A DNA stretch of 64,000 nucleotides from a virus. Positions 41,589-51,293 of this stretch are shown here, in pieces. The notes under the pieces were generated by a model. The model saw only the letters and a program-made list of their open reading frames with translations. It did not search any database and was not told where the DNA came from. A program made the position numbers and the translations under genes. The DNA lies in IMG/VR virus record IMGVR_UViG_3300042301_001937, positions 6,575 to 70,574 of that record. One strand, written 5' to 3'. How positions within the stretch are numbered: the stretch's first letter is position 1; each line of letters starts with the position of its first letter.

Positions 41589-42313
41589 TATCTATTATAT
41601 CTTAAATTAATAAAGTGTTCACCAATTGAATCTGAATAGAAGAAATCTCTTGCTGTAGAAATATTAGGAATAAGTCTAACCCATTGATTCTTAAATGATT
41701 CCATTCTTGGAATGTCAAACATAGCCAATAAGTTTTCAGCTTGTCCTCTGTATCTCATGTAATGGTTTTCAGCATAACTTAAAGTCATTTCTCTATTAGG
41801 ATGTTCAAAACCTCCTAACATTAACATGTAAGTTAACTTCCAAAATAAACATTGAGTTACTGCTTCTTTGTCTGGAATTAAAGGAAACCCTTCTTCATCA
41901 ACAGGAAAAGCTTGATAAGATACACATATAATCTCATCATCAGGCACATTGGTATTGATATAGTTAGGATTAACAGTGTAGCTATAATCTGTATGCAAAA
42001 TAGATGTATTAATACAATCGTCACAATGCATGTCGTAGTTAAAAGTTTGAGATCCATATCTTAAAAAAGTGCTTTTATATGCTACCGATTTAATTAAATA
42101 TAAATCACATGGTATTACGGCTTTACCATTTTTAATAGTTAGAAATGCAGTTTTATCTAATAACTGTTCTGTACAACCAATAGCTTCAAGTGCATCTCCA
42201 ATCCAATCAACAGCTTCTCCAATAAGTCTATCAGAATGCTGAGATAGCAAAGTACCGTATGCTCCAAAAGCTCTGTTTATTATTCTTTTACAAGAAACTG
42301 ATCTATAATTCAT
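41588..42313 (-). CDS. Tail tubular/ring protein
   Basis: WIGDALEAIG...IPCDL...SYQAFPVDEEGFPLIPD pattern; directly upstream of the muzzle gene, matching crAss synteny. Confidence 0.75.
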   Translation of the reverse strand: MNYRSVSCKRIINRAFGAYGTLLSQHSDRLIGEAVDWIGDALEAIGCTEQLLDKTAFLTIKNGKAVIPCDLYLIKSVAYKSTFLRYGSQTFNYDMHCDDCINTSILHTDYSYTVNPNYINTNVPDDEIICVSYQAFPVDEEGFPLIPDKEAVTQCLFWKLTYMLMLGGFEHPNREMTLSYAENHYMRYRGQAENLLAMFDIPRMESFKNQWVRLIPNISTARDFFYSDSIGEHFINLRYNR

Positions 42314-42328
42314 GTTTTTAGCTTTGTA

Positions 42329-42835
42329 TTACAAAGATACTGGAATTTTATCAAATCTTAGATAATATTCAGAATCCGATTTAAGTCGTTCAGTAAGTTT
42401 ATTCTTAGCTCCAGATTTACATTTAGTACCATTTGTCCTAGAAGAATCAAACTTATACATAGTGCTACCTTTTATATTACAATTTTTCTTATTCCAATGA
42501 AACCCTACGTAATATTTATCGGTATAGTATATAAACTTGTTATCGTCTAATTTACCTTCTTTTCTTAACTTCTTAGTTTGACCCCAATTTACAGGTGCTA
42601 TTAAACGGTCATTTTTAACCTTAAAAGATCTGTCAAACCTAAGTACCTGAATTTCACCTAGATGAAAAGGCACTTTAAATTTACGGTTTCCTCCTAAAAG
42701 AAGATAATCCACAACGTAGTTGTTTAATTCAAGGATTATCTTTTTATACAGTTTAAAAGGAATCTGTTTTTCATAATTAGCATTATACCAATTATGACTG
42801 TTGGTTAATGTTGTTGTTGTGTGACACTGCGTCAT
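42329..42835 (-). CDS. crAss-type IHF/HU-like basic protein of the tail block
   Basis: Helices followed by FKVPFHLGEIQV (HU-like strand/turn) and VNWGQTKKL; conserved position between ring genes. Confidence 0.55.
   Translation of the reverse strand: MTQCHTTTTLTNSHNWYNANYEKQIPFKLYKKIILELNNYVVDYLLLGGNRKFKVPFHLGEIQVLRFDRSFKVKNDRLIAPVNWGQTKKLRKEGKLDDNKFIYYTDKYYVGFHWNKKNCNIKGSTMYKFDSSRTNGTKCKSGAKNKLTERLKSDSEYYLRFDKIPVSL
42332..42339 (-). promoter_or_regulatory. Bacteroidota -7 element (TATCTTTG)
   Basis: TAnnTTTG 18 nt upstream of ATG 42313, overlapping the end of the previous gene. Confidence 0.5.
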
Positions 42836-43472
42836 TTTCTTTATCTTCAGTTGTTCCTAATAAGAATTTCAATTCTGTTCCTAATATATCTTTTGTAATC
42901 AAATCTAGCAAATCTGCTGTCAACGGGTAATCTGAATTGTCAGTGTAACATAAACCGTCATCACAAGTAAAAGTCCTTGCATCTTCTGGTTCTTCTAAAA
43001 TTGCCCTAACATTAATTACTTTAAGATCCAAGGTAGTCGGAAAATAAAGATAATCGTTTAAAAAATAAAACGGTAATGTCATTCCAGGATATTTTCTTTC
43101 TGAATAAAATGGACTTCTTTCAGGAAGAATTAAACTGAATCTAGATTGTCTATCTATAGCAGATACTTTTAAAGCATATCTTTCTTTGAATCTAATAGTT
43201 TTAGGAATAGTAAATTCAGTTCTAAGAATGTCACAATCCACATTAAATTCACAACATTCAGCTTTATCTACTTTAATTAATGGAATACAACCTAAATCTT
43301 GATAAAATAGATCGTTGTCAAAATAGTTTTTATTTTGATCTTGACGTATATATTGAGCACGTTTATAGTCTATAATAAACGATAACTGTGATACTGAAGG
43401 TGCAAAGTCGTCATTAATACGTCCAGCCGACATTAAGTTCAGTAAATTATAGACTATCTCATTTTTTGTCAT
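42792..43472 (-). CDS. Tail ring protein
   Basis: MTKNEIVY...RAQYIRQD...YLYF...INVRAILEEP...DYPL pattern of crAss ring proteins. Confidence 0.7.
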   Translation of the reverse strand: MTKNEIVYNLLNLMSAGRINDDFAPSVSQLSFIIDYKRAQYIRQDQNKNYFDNDLFYQDLGCIPLIKVDKAECCEFNVDCDILRTEFTIPKTIRFKERYALKVSAIDRQSRFSLILPERSPFYSERKYPGMTLPFYFLNDYLYFPTTLDLKVINVRAILEEPEDARTFTCDDGLCYTDNSDYPLTADLLDLITKDILGTELKFLLGTTEDKENDAVSHNNNINQQS

Positions 43473-43674
43473 TTCTATCTGTTTTAAAAAATGTATGATT
43501 ATGGCATAACTTTACATTATTACTATTGTAATGTTTTATAGATCCATCTTCCTCTAAAGCTACAACAAATATCAAATTTTCATGTGGGCCGTAATCTATT
43601 AAAAATAGAACTTGTCCGTGACCATGAGGAGTTGTAACCCAAAGAAAGTTGTTTACTTCTTTAATGTCAGCCAT
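43459..43674 (-). CDS. Small hypothetical protein
   Basis: Likely start MADIKE (43674); WVTTPHGHG..LFLIDYG..EN motif. Confidence 0.6.
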   Translation of the reverse strand: MADIKEVNNFLWVTTPHGHGQVLFLIDYGPHENLIFVVALEEDGSIKHYNSNNVKLCHNHTFFKTDRNDKK

Positions 43675-44099
43675 AATACCAATACAAAGATAGCAATTAA
43701 TACCCAAAAATACCATACAGGGTATCCTTGTTTTATCTCAATAGTTTTAGGAACGTCTATCTTTACAGTATCTACAATGTTAACCAGAATAGAATCACGT
43801 ACATAAATGGGCCTCCTAACAACCGTAGTTTTGACTTTATTAAGGCTATCAATTGACTGATATACAGTCGTAAAGCTATCACTAAATACCTTGTTGAAGG
43901 AATCACGATAAAATAAGGTAAATTGAAAACTACTATCACCAGGTATAGTATCGTATATCTTAATAAGAGTATCTTTTTTAAAAATAACTGTTTTATATGT
44001 GCTGTCACCGTATTTAGGGTTTTTCTTTATTGCTTGTTTTAAATGCCACTCTGCTGTGCAAGAGGTTATTAAAAATAATATAAAAATTAAATATCTCAT
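43653..44099 (-). CDS. Putative unimolecular spanin
   Basis: N-terminal lipoprotein signal MRYLIFILFLITS-C, beta-rich middle and C-terminal TM WYFWVLIAIFVLVLWLTL-KK; located in the lysis cassette. Confidence 0.65.
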   Translation of the reverse strand: MRYLIFILFLITSCTAEWHLKQAIKKNPKYGDSTYKTVIFKKDTLIKIYDTIPGDSSFQFTLFYRDSFNKVFSDSFTTVYQSIDSLNKVKTTVVRRPIYVRDSILVNIVDTVKIDVPKTIEIKQGYPVWYFWVLIAIFVLVLWLTLKK

Positions 44100-44389
44100 C
44101 TTAGTCCTTCATAAACAGCAATGAATACTATATTGCCTATAGTGTATAATAATAACGTTCCTACTATAGTACCTGAAGCTAACCAAGCTACCATTAATAC
44201 CTGCAATGTAGTAGATAAATGCCACATGTCATAAAACATTGGAAAGTACTTTTGCAGAAACGTACGTTTAGGTCCTTCTGCAGTTTCTCTCCAAAAGAAC
44301 TTATGACAACCTAGTTTTTTAAAACTATCATGATGAGAAATCGAATCCATCACGGCTTTTAGAACAACAAAGACAATTACATATATCAT
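44096..44389 (-). CDS. Membrane protein of the lysis cassette
   Basis: 2-3 hydrophobic segments and a DMWH motif. Confidence 0.6.
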   Translation of the reverse strand: MIYVIVFVVLKAVMDSISHHDSFKKLGCHKFFWRETAEGPKRTFLQKYFPMFYDMWHLSTTLQVLMVAWLASGTIVGTLLLYTIGNIVFIAVYEGLR

Positions 44390-44394
44390 CGGTA

Positions 44395-44538
44395 TTACTG
44401 ATTAGATTGTTTAGTTTTCTTTTTAGAAACAGCTTTACGTTTTTCGTTAATTTTCTTAATTTGTTCATGACTATCATACTCTAAGTAGGCAATTAATAAT
44501 GCTACAAAAATACTGAAAATTACGATTAACTCTTTCAT
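44395..44538 (-). CDS. Small TM protein with basic tail (47 aa, not in ORF track)
   Basis: Hand-translated as MKELIVIFSIFVALLIAYLEYDSHEQIKKINEKRKAVSKKKTKQSNQ*; fills the gap between the endolysin and the next gene. Confidence 0.6.
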   Translation of the reverse strand: MKELIVIFSIFVALLIAYLEYDSHEQIKKINEKRKAVSKKKTKQSNQ

Positions 44539-44557
44539 GCTATTTATTTTTATTTAA

Positions 44558-44962
44558 TCATTTTATCACTAAAACTTGTTTTCTATTTCCTGCAGATTTA
44601 TATGAGATATGTATCCATGAAAAATCGTACTCATTAATCAATTGATCATAATCCAAAGTCTTTGCCAATTCAAACAACTTTTTATTCTCTTCTTTATTTT
44701 TACCAGTAATATCAATAGCTTGACCTTTTGTATGTTGACTTCCTTTTTGGCCTTTAACAAGTTGATTCAATTCTTCTGACCTGAAAAATGAATTCACCTT
44801 GATTGGTTTTCCATACATTTTCCTCAATGGTTCAAATATATTCTCAGCTAATTGCTGCATATTATGCAACTGCTCTTCATTTGGTTGATTACTTATACCA
44901 TTTCTTATAGCAGTAGGAGATAATGTAGCTTCTTCATAGCTAATATGTTTACTTATTTTCAT
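44558..44962 (-). CDS. Endolysin, peptidase M15 family
   Basis: NSFFRS..LN, SQHTKGQAIDI and WIHISY zinc-binding motifs. Confidence 0.9.
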   Translation of the reverse strand: MKISKHISYEEATLSPTAIRNGISNQPNEEQLHNMQQLAENIFEPLRKMYGKPIKVNSFFRSEELNQLVKGQKGSQHTKGQAIDITGKNKEENKKLFELAKTLDYDQLINEYDFSWIHISYKSAGNRKQVLVIK

Positions 44963-45183
44963 ATATTCTCTTGTTTACCTGTATTTCCGTTGCCAAAAAA
45001 ATTAGATAGAAACATACCAATTACTCCGATAATACCTATAACCATGGCTACTTTTTCTTGTTCAAAATATACAAATGTACCAGCAGCTGCTGAACAGGTT
45101 GTAAATAAAGCTAACCCAAACCTAGCAATATTTTTAGGTGTGGGTTTAAAGAACTGATTTAAGCCATAGCTGTACTTTTTCAT
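44959..45183 (-). CDS. Putative holin
   Basis: 74 aa with two TM helices; ATGA-coupled to the endolysin. Confidence 0.6.
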   Translation of the reverse strand: MKKYSYGLNQFFKPTPKNIARFGLALFTTCSAAAGTFVYFEQEKVAMVIGIIGVIGMFLSNFFGNGNTGKQENI

Positions 45184-45371
45184 TTTAAGAATCTTTTAAT
45201 TAGGGTAATTACTTTGGGTAGTCCTAAGATGATACTAATAAGAGAACTTACAATTGCCAAGAAAACGGCAAATACCTGAAGTTCAGGTAAAAAATGAGCC
45301 ATTTTACTGATTAGCAAGAAAACCCAGCTAACCAAAGCAACTCCAAATTCAGATTTTAATTCATGTGTCAT
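45180..45371 (-). CDS. Putative holin/antiholin
   Basis: 63 aa with two hydrophobic segments and a basic C-terminus. Confidence 0.55.
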   Translation of the reverse strand: MTHELKSEFGVALVSWVFLLISKMAHFLPELQVFAVFLAIVSSLISIILGLPKVITLIKRFLK

Positions 45372-45389
45372 AGTTATATTTACGTTTTA

Positions 45390-45521
45390 TTATTTGCCTT
45401 GACCACGGTATTCTTTTACCGATTCATGTTTATTTCTTTTTTTCTTCTGGACACCTTCTTTTTTTCTTCCAAAAGATGTCTTTTTTATTGCCGAGTTTTT
45501 ACCTGTTACTTTTACCATCAT
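45390..45521 (-). CDS. Small highly basic protein ending YRGQGK (43 aa, not in ORF track)
   Basis: Hand-translated as MMVKVTGKNSAIKKTSFGRKKEGVQKKKRNKHESVKEYRGQGK*; TAATG-coupled to the upstream gene. Confidence 0.65.
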   Translation of the reverse strand: MMVKVTGKNSAIKKTSFGRKKEGVQKKKRNKHESVKEYRGQGK

Positions 45522-46366
45522 TATAACGAATTAAAATAAATAGTCATTGCAGCATCAAATCCAAGTGATTGGTCACTAGTAAAACTTTCACCTGCAAAAA
45601 AACTTCCAATACCTCCTAAATATGTACTAGGCAATGCTCCTGCTATTGGAGCATAAGCAAAAACACTATAATTACCTGATGTTAAAGCTTCGTTTTCAGT
45701 ATCTCTAATTTGATATGCTCCTCCAGAATAAAAAGCAAAATTATTAGTACCTCTAACTGTAGGTGATCCAGTGTTATTTAATTTATTAGCAATCAATAAT
45801 CCAGTAGCTTGATTATTTACACCTGTTTGCACTGCACCAACAAAAGTATTAAATGTCATAATTCTTACAGCTGCTGATGCTCCACTATCACCTGGAGTAT
45901 TATTAAACGATCCTGAGTTTCCGTACATAAACTTTGTTGCAGTATTATTGTTTAAAAACTTCCAAATACCAGCAGAAGCACTATCTGTTTTATATTTTAC
46001 TCCGTTTGTAACAGGATTATAATTTGTATCTATATAACTACTTGCAGCACCTGTAAATCCAAGATTACCAAAAGTTAAACTACCTGTAATTGTAGATAAA
46101 GAAACATTAGGGTTTTTCCAATTTATTAAAGCAAAATTACTACTTGCAGCTCCATTACCATAGATATATAATACATCTAATTTATCCCAAGTTCCTGCTG
46201 CTTTTAAATTAAAAACTAATTGATTTTGTTTAATTTGTGTATCAGCACTTGGTAAAGTATATCCAAGAGCTGTTCCTCTTGCTAAAATAGCCTGATATTC
46301 TGTAGTAAATGCTGCAGATAAACTAATTGTATTATCAATACCTAACCCTAATCCTAATTTTGGCAT
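45521..46366 (-). CDS. Putative tail fibre/receptor-binding protein
   Basis: MPKLGLGLGI N-terminus, GTWDKLDVLY, LINWKNP and SYIDTNYNP; Gly/Asn/Thr-rich lectin-like composition. Confidence 0.55.
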   Translation of the reverse strand: MPKLGLGLGIDNTISLSAAFTTEYQAILARGTALGYTLPSADTQIKQNQLVFNLKAAGTWDKLDVLYIYGNGAASSNFALINWKNPNVSLSTITGSLTFGNLGFTGAASSYIDTNYNPVTNGVKYKTDSASAGIWKFLNNNTATKFMYGNSGSFNNTPGDSGASAAVRIMTFNTFVGAVQTGVNNQATGLLIANKLNNTGSPTVRGTNNFAFYSGGAYQIRDTENEALTSGNYSVFAYAPIAGALPSTYLGGIGSFFAGESFTSDQSLGFDAAMTIYFNSL

Positions 46367-46368
46367 AA

Positions 46369-46701
46369 TTATATAGTTGTATTGATTCCACCATATAGTC
46401 TTACTGTAGTACTACCTCCAAGAGTTATACTAGTAATTTGACCATATATAATTACTCCTTGATTTAAAGTAATAGTACTTAATGAAGTAACATTTGTAAC
46501 TCCATCTAATGTCATTGAAGCAATAGTACCTGTAGGAGATAATATTTGAACTGCAGTCCAGTTACCTGTTGTAAGATTTGTAGTATTAAGGATTAAATTA
46601 GGTGAACCTTGTCCTAACGAAGCTGCTCTAAGAAAAGTTGAAAGTCTTGAAGTACTTAACAACGAATCCATTAAACTTTCTAATTTTGAAAAACCTGACA
46701 T
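46369..46701 (-). CDS. Putative structural protein
   Basis: Thr/Ser/Gly-rich beta protein ending IYGQITSITL..GSTTVRLY. Confidence 0.55.
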   Translation of the reverse strand: MSGFSKLESLMDSLLSTSRLSTFLRAASLGQGSPNLILNTTNLTTGNWTAVQILSPTGTIASMTLDGVTNVTSLSTITLNQGVIIYGQITSITLGGSTTVRLYGGINTTI

Positions 46702-46705
46702 AATT

Positions 46706-46954
46706 TTAGTATTTTTTAGTTATTTGTTGAACATTAATATAAATAGCATTGTACTGATCTTCAGTAAGAAATTCATTTTCGTCAAAAGTTCTTTCTTGAA
46801 GAACACGTTTGTAAAGATACAATAATTTTCCTTCACAACAATCACAGCAACCGTTGATAAAACCAAACACTAATTTATTAGCATAGATATTACTTATCTT
46901 TTGCAGTACTAAATTAATGTTTTCTATTACTATTTGATTTTGTTCGTTAGTCAT
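46706..46954 (-). CDS. Putative tail hub protein (Cys-rich)
   Basis: GCCDCCEG motif; adjacent to the larger hub-like gene. Confidence 0.5.
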   Translation of the reverse strand: MTNEQNQIVIENINLVLQKISNIYANKLVFGFINGCCDCCEGKLLYLYKRVLQERTFDENEFLTEDQYNAIYINVQQITKKY

Positions 46955-47777
46955 TGCATTTACAATCTGAATCTGTACAGTAATTGGTTAAGATATCAAA
47001 AATATATTGAGCTTTAGTAGGGTTACCATTTTCTGCATTAATCATCATTCCATCATAAAGCATACACATGTTCATTAATTTGTTTACCTGTTTTTCTTTA
47101 CAAGGACAATTTGAATTAGGTAATGCAGCTATCTTTTCATCTAAACAATGTCTAATAGCTCTAGCTGAAACAAAATATTTAACAGCTGAATATCCTACTC
47201 TGTATTCAGTATAGGTTTTAACGCCACTTAAATCAAGCCCAGATAAATAAATTTTATTTGAACTCATTGTTACAGGAGTAGTTATTGGAAACAATTTTGT
47301 AGCATCAAAAGATCCTCCAAAAGTTGTAGCTATATATAAATAACCTGTATTAGCAAATTTTAAATAATCAGTAGGAGCAGTATAAGTTGCATAACCATTA
47401 GTACTGTCTAAAGTAATAGACACTCCTGAAGGGTTAGCAAAAAATGTAATATATTCTGATTTCCATACACCATCTTCAATAGGGTCATCTGTAGCCGCTT
47501 CTCCTAAATTAGTATTAAGAGTAGTCCAAGTTTGAGCTGATAATATATCTGTATAACAATCAAATGGAGTAAGATTAAACGGATATTCAGCTAAAGAAGG
47601 AGAAGTAAATATTAATCTTCCTCCTAATATATCAGTACCGACACCATTTGCTTCTCTATAACCTGCAGGATCTTGATTATTACCGTATCCAGTAATTCCT
47701 GTTCCAGTAGTGTCAGATGATACTACGGATTTATAATCAGAAGCTACTATGGTTTTTAATTTCGTTATTAAAGCCAT
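46947..47777 (-). CDS. Putative tail hub protein
   Basis: DTTG..TGYG, IEDGVW..EY and a C-terminal Cys cluster (CLD..CPC..C..CKC); crAss synteny after the auxiliary capsid gene. Confidence 0.55.
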   Translation of the reverse strand: MALITKLKTIVASDYKSVVSSDTTGTGITGYGNNQDPAGYREANGVGTDILGGRLIFTSPSLAEYPFNLTPFDCYTDILSAQTWTTLNTNLGEAATDDPIEDGVWKSEYITFFANPSGVSITLDSTNGYATYTAPTDYLKFANTGYLYIATTFGGSFDATKLFPITTPVTMSSNKIYLSGLDLSGVKTYTEYRVGYSAVKYFVSARAIRHCLDEKIAALPNSNCPCKEKQVNKLMNMCMLYDGMMINAENGNPTKAQYIFDILTNYCTDSDCKCND

Positions 47778-47794
47778 ATTTTAAATATTATCTA

Positions 47795-47802
47795 CAAATA
47801 TA
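47795..47802 (-). promoter_or_regulatory. Bacteroidota -7 element (TATATTTG)
   Basis: TAnnTTTG 17 nt upstream of ATG 47777, immediately after a terminator. Confidence 0.7.
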
Positions 47803-47804
47803 AT

Positions 47805-47833
47805 AAAAAAGGGAAGTATTTTTATACTTCCCT
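47805..47833 (-). terminator. Intrinsic terminator after the auxiliary capsid gene
   Basis: AGGGAAGTA-N6-TACTTCCCT hairpin with an A6 on the left, which is the U-tract on the - strand. Confidence 0.85.
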
Positions 47834-47859
47834 AATTTATTTAATTGTTTAAGTTAAGA

Positions 47860-49206
47860 TTAAGCTATATAAGCGGCTAAACCAGTTCTTACAGCAGCAA
47901 ATCCAGTTAAACTTCCTGTTAAACCAAAAACAATTAATTCATGGTCTTCTTCTCTTCCATAACCTGCATTTGCAGCATCAATTGGAGAAGATTTGTATTT
48001 AACAGTAAAACCTGAATAAGTAGCAGTTGCAGAAGCATAATATTCTACAGGATAAGGTAAGAAACTTCTATTAGTATTTCCAATATAACCTTGTGATTCA
48101 AATTCTTGTTTTTGTGCTTGCCATCCTTGACCATAACCTACTTTGGCAACACCACTAGAAATAGTAAGACCTGTGCTATATGATTGAGCAGTTACACCAT
48201 TATGAACAATAGGAGTTCCAATAGGACCTGTACCACTTACACCAGCAGCAATTGAATAGTTAGGATACTTTTCTTTAAAAGCAGAACCGTTAAACCAGTT
48301 ACCAAAACTAGTCAATCTTACACCTGCAAGAGTTGAACTTGTTACACTAGCAGCAGCAATGTAAGTAATTTGAGAATTAGCAGTAGTTGCACTACCTGTA
48401 AAAGTAGTTGTAGCACCTATAGCTAATGATGGGTCTACAAATGGAGTGGTTAAAGTAATTTGAGTTGTTGAATCAAAACTTGCAATTTTGTAAACTGGAG
48501 TTGTAGTATTAGTTGCACCTGCAGGTCCAAATCTAATATAATTACCTGCTGCGTAATTTGTTGCTCCTAAAGTAGCACTTGTAGTTACTATAGTACTACC
48601 ATTAGTAGTAATTGCAGTTTCAGCACCAGGAGTACCACCACCAGCAGCAGTATTAAGTAATACTTGAGCCATTACAAATCTGTCATAAGGTTGTAATGAA
48701 GAATTTAAAGTTTTAGAATTAATTGCTCTAGTCCAATCTAAAGCTACAGCAGCTGGAGTTGCAGCAGCATTTGTAGTATAAGATAAAGAAGCAAAATTAA
48801 AAGGTAATGGAGGAGCAGTTTTACTAGTGTTAGTTGCAGTTAAATTGTAAGTACCAGCAAGGTTGGCAAGAATAGTACTATTATCACCACTTGCACCAGT
48901 GTAACCTACAATATCAACATTAGGTACAGGAGCAACAGTTGCTTGAGTAGCTCCTACTAAATAAGGAACAGCTCCAAAATTAGAATTTTTAGGCTGGAAA
49001 ATAAGTGTACGTGGATTGCCACTTAGGCCACCTACAGCTACCATTAAAGGTAATGCAAGTTGACCTGAAGTAGGAGAACCAGTTAATACGGTAAGTGCAC
49101 CATTTGCGGCAATTGAATACATACCAATTTGACCATCAGATAAGTTTTGAGGTAAAGTAGCAGTACCAAGAGCATCTACGTTTGCGATTAAAACGGTTTT
49201 AGACAT
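47860..49206 (-). CDS. Putative auxiliary capsid/decoration protein
   Basis: Ala/Thr/Gly-rich 448 aa with GYGQGWQ..KQEFESQGY..N; located two genes after the MCP-adjacent gene and followed by its own terminator. Confidence 0.6.
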   Translation of the reverse strand: MSKTVLIANVDALGTATLPQNLSDGQIGMYSIAANGALTVLTGSPTSGQLALPLMVAVGGLSGNPRTLIFQPKNSNFGAVPYLVGATQATVAPVPNVDIVGYTGASGDNSTILANLAGTYNLTATNTSKTAPPLPFNFASLSYTTNAAATPAAVALDWTRAINSKTLNSSLQPYDRFVMAQVLLNTAAGGGTPGAETAITTNGSTIVTTSATLGATNYAAGNYIRFGPAGATNTTTPVYKIASFDSTTQITLTTPFVDPSLAIGATTTFTGSATTANSQITYIAAASVTSSTLAGVRLTSFGNWFNGSAFKEKYPNYSIAAGVSGTGPIGTPIVHNGVTAQSYSTGLTISSGVAKVGYGQGWQAQKQEFESQGYIGNTNRSFLPYPVEYYASATATYSGFTVKYKSSPIDAANAGYGREEDHELIVFGLTGSLTGFAAVRTGLAAYIA

Positions 49207-49243
49207 TTTGTTTTTTATTTATTTGTTATTAATTAAGAAAAAT

Positions 49244-50353
49244 TTATTCATTAGTTAGTACCATTTCTGTTTGAGTTTTAAATCTATCACCAGCTTGTGT
49301 TACCTCAAGTAAATAATTAGCTGACATGCTAACAATTTCTTGATGAGTAGCGTCTGGTAAATCACAATCTTGTTCTAGATAATAAGACACAACATTTGGT
49401 TTACGAATATAAGATAAAATTACATCAGTTACAACAAAATTAAAATTTCCTGTTTTTTGATAGTAAATATTAAAATGATTTTCTGAGAAAAAATACAATG
49501 GAAACTCAGCCGATGTTTTATTAAACGGATCAGCCTGCATTGCATAGATATCATCTTCTTGTGTTAATTTACCAGAAGTAGTTAAAGTTGTTCCATTACT
49601 ATAAAAAGAAATATTATATTCTTCATTAGTTAATTCTGTAGGCCCTTCTTCAGTTTCATCTAATAACTTATACTCGTACTCAAAAACATAAGAAGGATTT
49701 GTTTCTTTAATTAAAATTATAATAGAATTTTGGAAATAAAGATCTTTATACGATTCCCAGAAAAATTCTATTAACGGATAATTAGCAAATGCTTTAGTTA
49801 ACTTTTGCATTAAAATACTAGCTATTAAACTAGTATCTTCAGGAAAAGAATAATTTACACCTGCAGCAGGAAACTCTACTGTAATATTAGTATCCTCTGT
49901 TTCAGTTATTTTAATTGTTCCTATATCAGTATTAGAAGGAAAATCACTCATATTTAATACAGCGTAGTTATACAACTGTGTAGTTGCTGTAGGTACAATA
50001 CTACCACATTGATTATGAGCTACTCTAAATCTAGCAGCTACAGCATGGTAATAATTTCCAGGTAATTCAAAATTAACTTTTTCATTTACATCTGGATCTG
50101 TACTTGGAGGAATAGTTGCTTTTCCAATATAATTAGATACGACAAGTGCACGTAAGTCGTCAATACGTTTTTGACTCATCTCAAATCCTCTCTTCATAAG
50201 ATTAGATTTAGATGAATATTTTTGGTTTAAAAATCTTAGAATACTCCTATTAATAGCAATGTCAACTTCTTGACGAGAAAAGGTATCAAACAAAAATGAA
50301 TTCATTTTATTCATCTCAGCTTGAATCTCTGTATGCATTTGTGTTATATTCAT
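49244..50353 (-). CDS. Head-tail connector/ring protein
   Basis: GFEMSQKRIDDLRALV and SYIRKP...CDLPDATHQEIV motifs of crAss ring proteins. Confidence 0.75.
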   Translation of the reverse strand: MNITQMHTEIQAEMNKMNSFLFDTFSRQEVDIAINRSILRFLNQKYSSKSNLMKRGFEMSQKRIDDLRALVVSNYIGKATIPPSTDPDVNEKVNFELPGNYYHAVAARFRVAHNQCGSIVPTATTQLYNYAVLNMSDFPSNTDIGTIKITETEDTNITVEFPAAGVNYSFPEDTSLIASILMQKLTKAFANYPLIEFFWESYKDLYFQNSIIILIKETNPSYVFEYEYKLLDETEEGPTELTNEEYNISFYSNGTTLTTSGKLTQEDDIYAMQADPFNKTSAEFPLYFFSENHFNIYYQKTGNFNFVVTDVILSYIRKPNVVSYYLEQDCDLPDATHQEIVSMSANYLLEVTQAGDRFKTQTEMVLTNE

Positions 50354-50359
50354 ATTTTT

Positions 50360-50388
50360 AAAAGTAGGGGGCTATTAACCCCCTGTTT
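50360..50388 (-). terminator. Intrinsic terminator-like hairpin
   Basis: AGGGGG-CTATTAA-CCCCCT flanked by A/T tracts, right after the stop at 50389. Confidence 0.7.
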
Positions 50389-51261
50389 TTATTTAGCTTT
50401 TTTAACTTCCTTAGTTTTCATACCAAGGTCTAATTGTTTCAATTTTGCCAACATAATAGCATAAGATTCAGAGTTATTAGGACTCTTTAAGTATGCAATT
50501 GTTTGGTTTAATTCTCCAAGTGGCTCAGAACCATAGATATAGTTATTACCTACTTTTTGAATTATTTTAGCTTCTACAAATGAAGCTATTTGTGCTTTGT
50601 ATTCAAGATCTGGATCAGATACGATTTCTAGTAATAAACCAGGTTTCTTTTCGTAAGCTTCTTCCATTTTCAAATCTTTTTCTTGTTTTTTCAGATTTGA
50701 AAGAGAAGTAACTGAACCAAGTTCTGGCATTTCTACTGTTAATCTTCTTAATACCCAATCTTGTTTTACTTCGTCTTCAAGTAATTTAGCAAATTCCAAC
50801 ACAGCTTTAGTTTTAGTCATAAGCTTTTTGCTTCTGTTGTCTAACTCTAATTGCTCATCTTCAATGTAATACATCTTAGTTTGTGTTGAATCTGAAGTTA
50901 TTTTATTCTCTGCCACTAAAGGATGAGACATTGCAAACTTGTATTTAATGTAATCCATGAGGTCATAAGGCTCATTTAATTCTTCATCAAATCCAATGTT
51001 CAATAACTTTCCTTCGTAAGGAATAGGGATTGCAATGTTGTTAAAATACTTTTCAACTTCCAATCTAAATTTAGGGTCTGTAGGTTCTACTCCAATAATT
51101 GATGGCATCCATTTTTTGACTTCATCAAATGTTAAACCTGTTCCTACTGAACCACTTCTTGTCAAATAACTACCTAAAGTAGCTGTTCTTTCTTGTGTTA
51201 AAGAAAGATGTACTCCGTGTCTACGGACTTCTTTTCTGTGAATTTTAATCTTTTTTTCCAT
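50389..51261 (-). CDS. Conserved crAss-like protein downstream of the MCP
   Basis: 290 aa; TGLT.DE and DYIKYKF..HP.VA motifs; synteny. Confidence 0.65.
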   Translation of the reverse strand: MEKKIKIHRKEVRRHGVHLSLTQERTATLGSYLTRSGSVGTGLTFDEVKKWMPSIIGVEPTDPKFRLEVEKYFNNIAIPIPYEGKLLNIGFDEELNEPYDLMDYIKYKFAMSHPLVAENKITSDSTQTKMYYIEDEQLELDNRSKKLMTKTKAVLEFAKLLEDEVKQDWVLRRLTVEMPELGSVTSLSNLKKQEKDLKMEEAYEKKPGLLLEIVSDPDLEYKAQIASFVEAKIIQKVGNNYIYGSEPLGELNQTIAYLKSPNNSESYAIMLAKLKQLDLGMKTKEVKKAK

Positions 51262-51293
51262 GTCTTTATTCTATTAATCAATTTTTTTAATTT

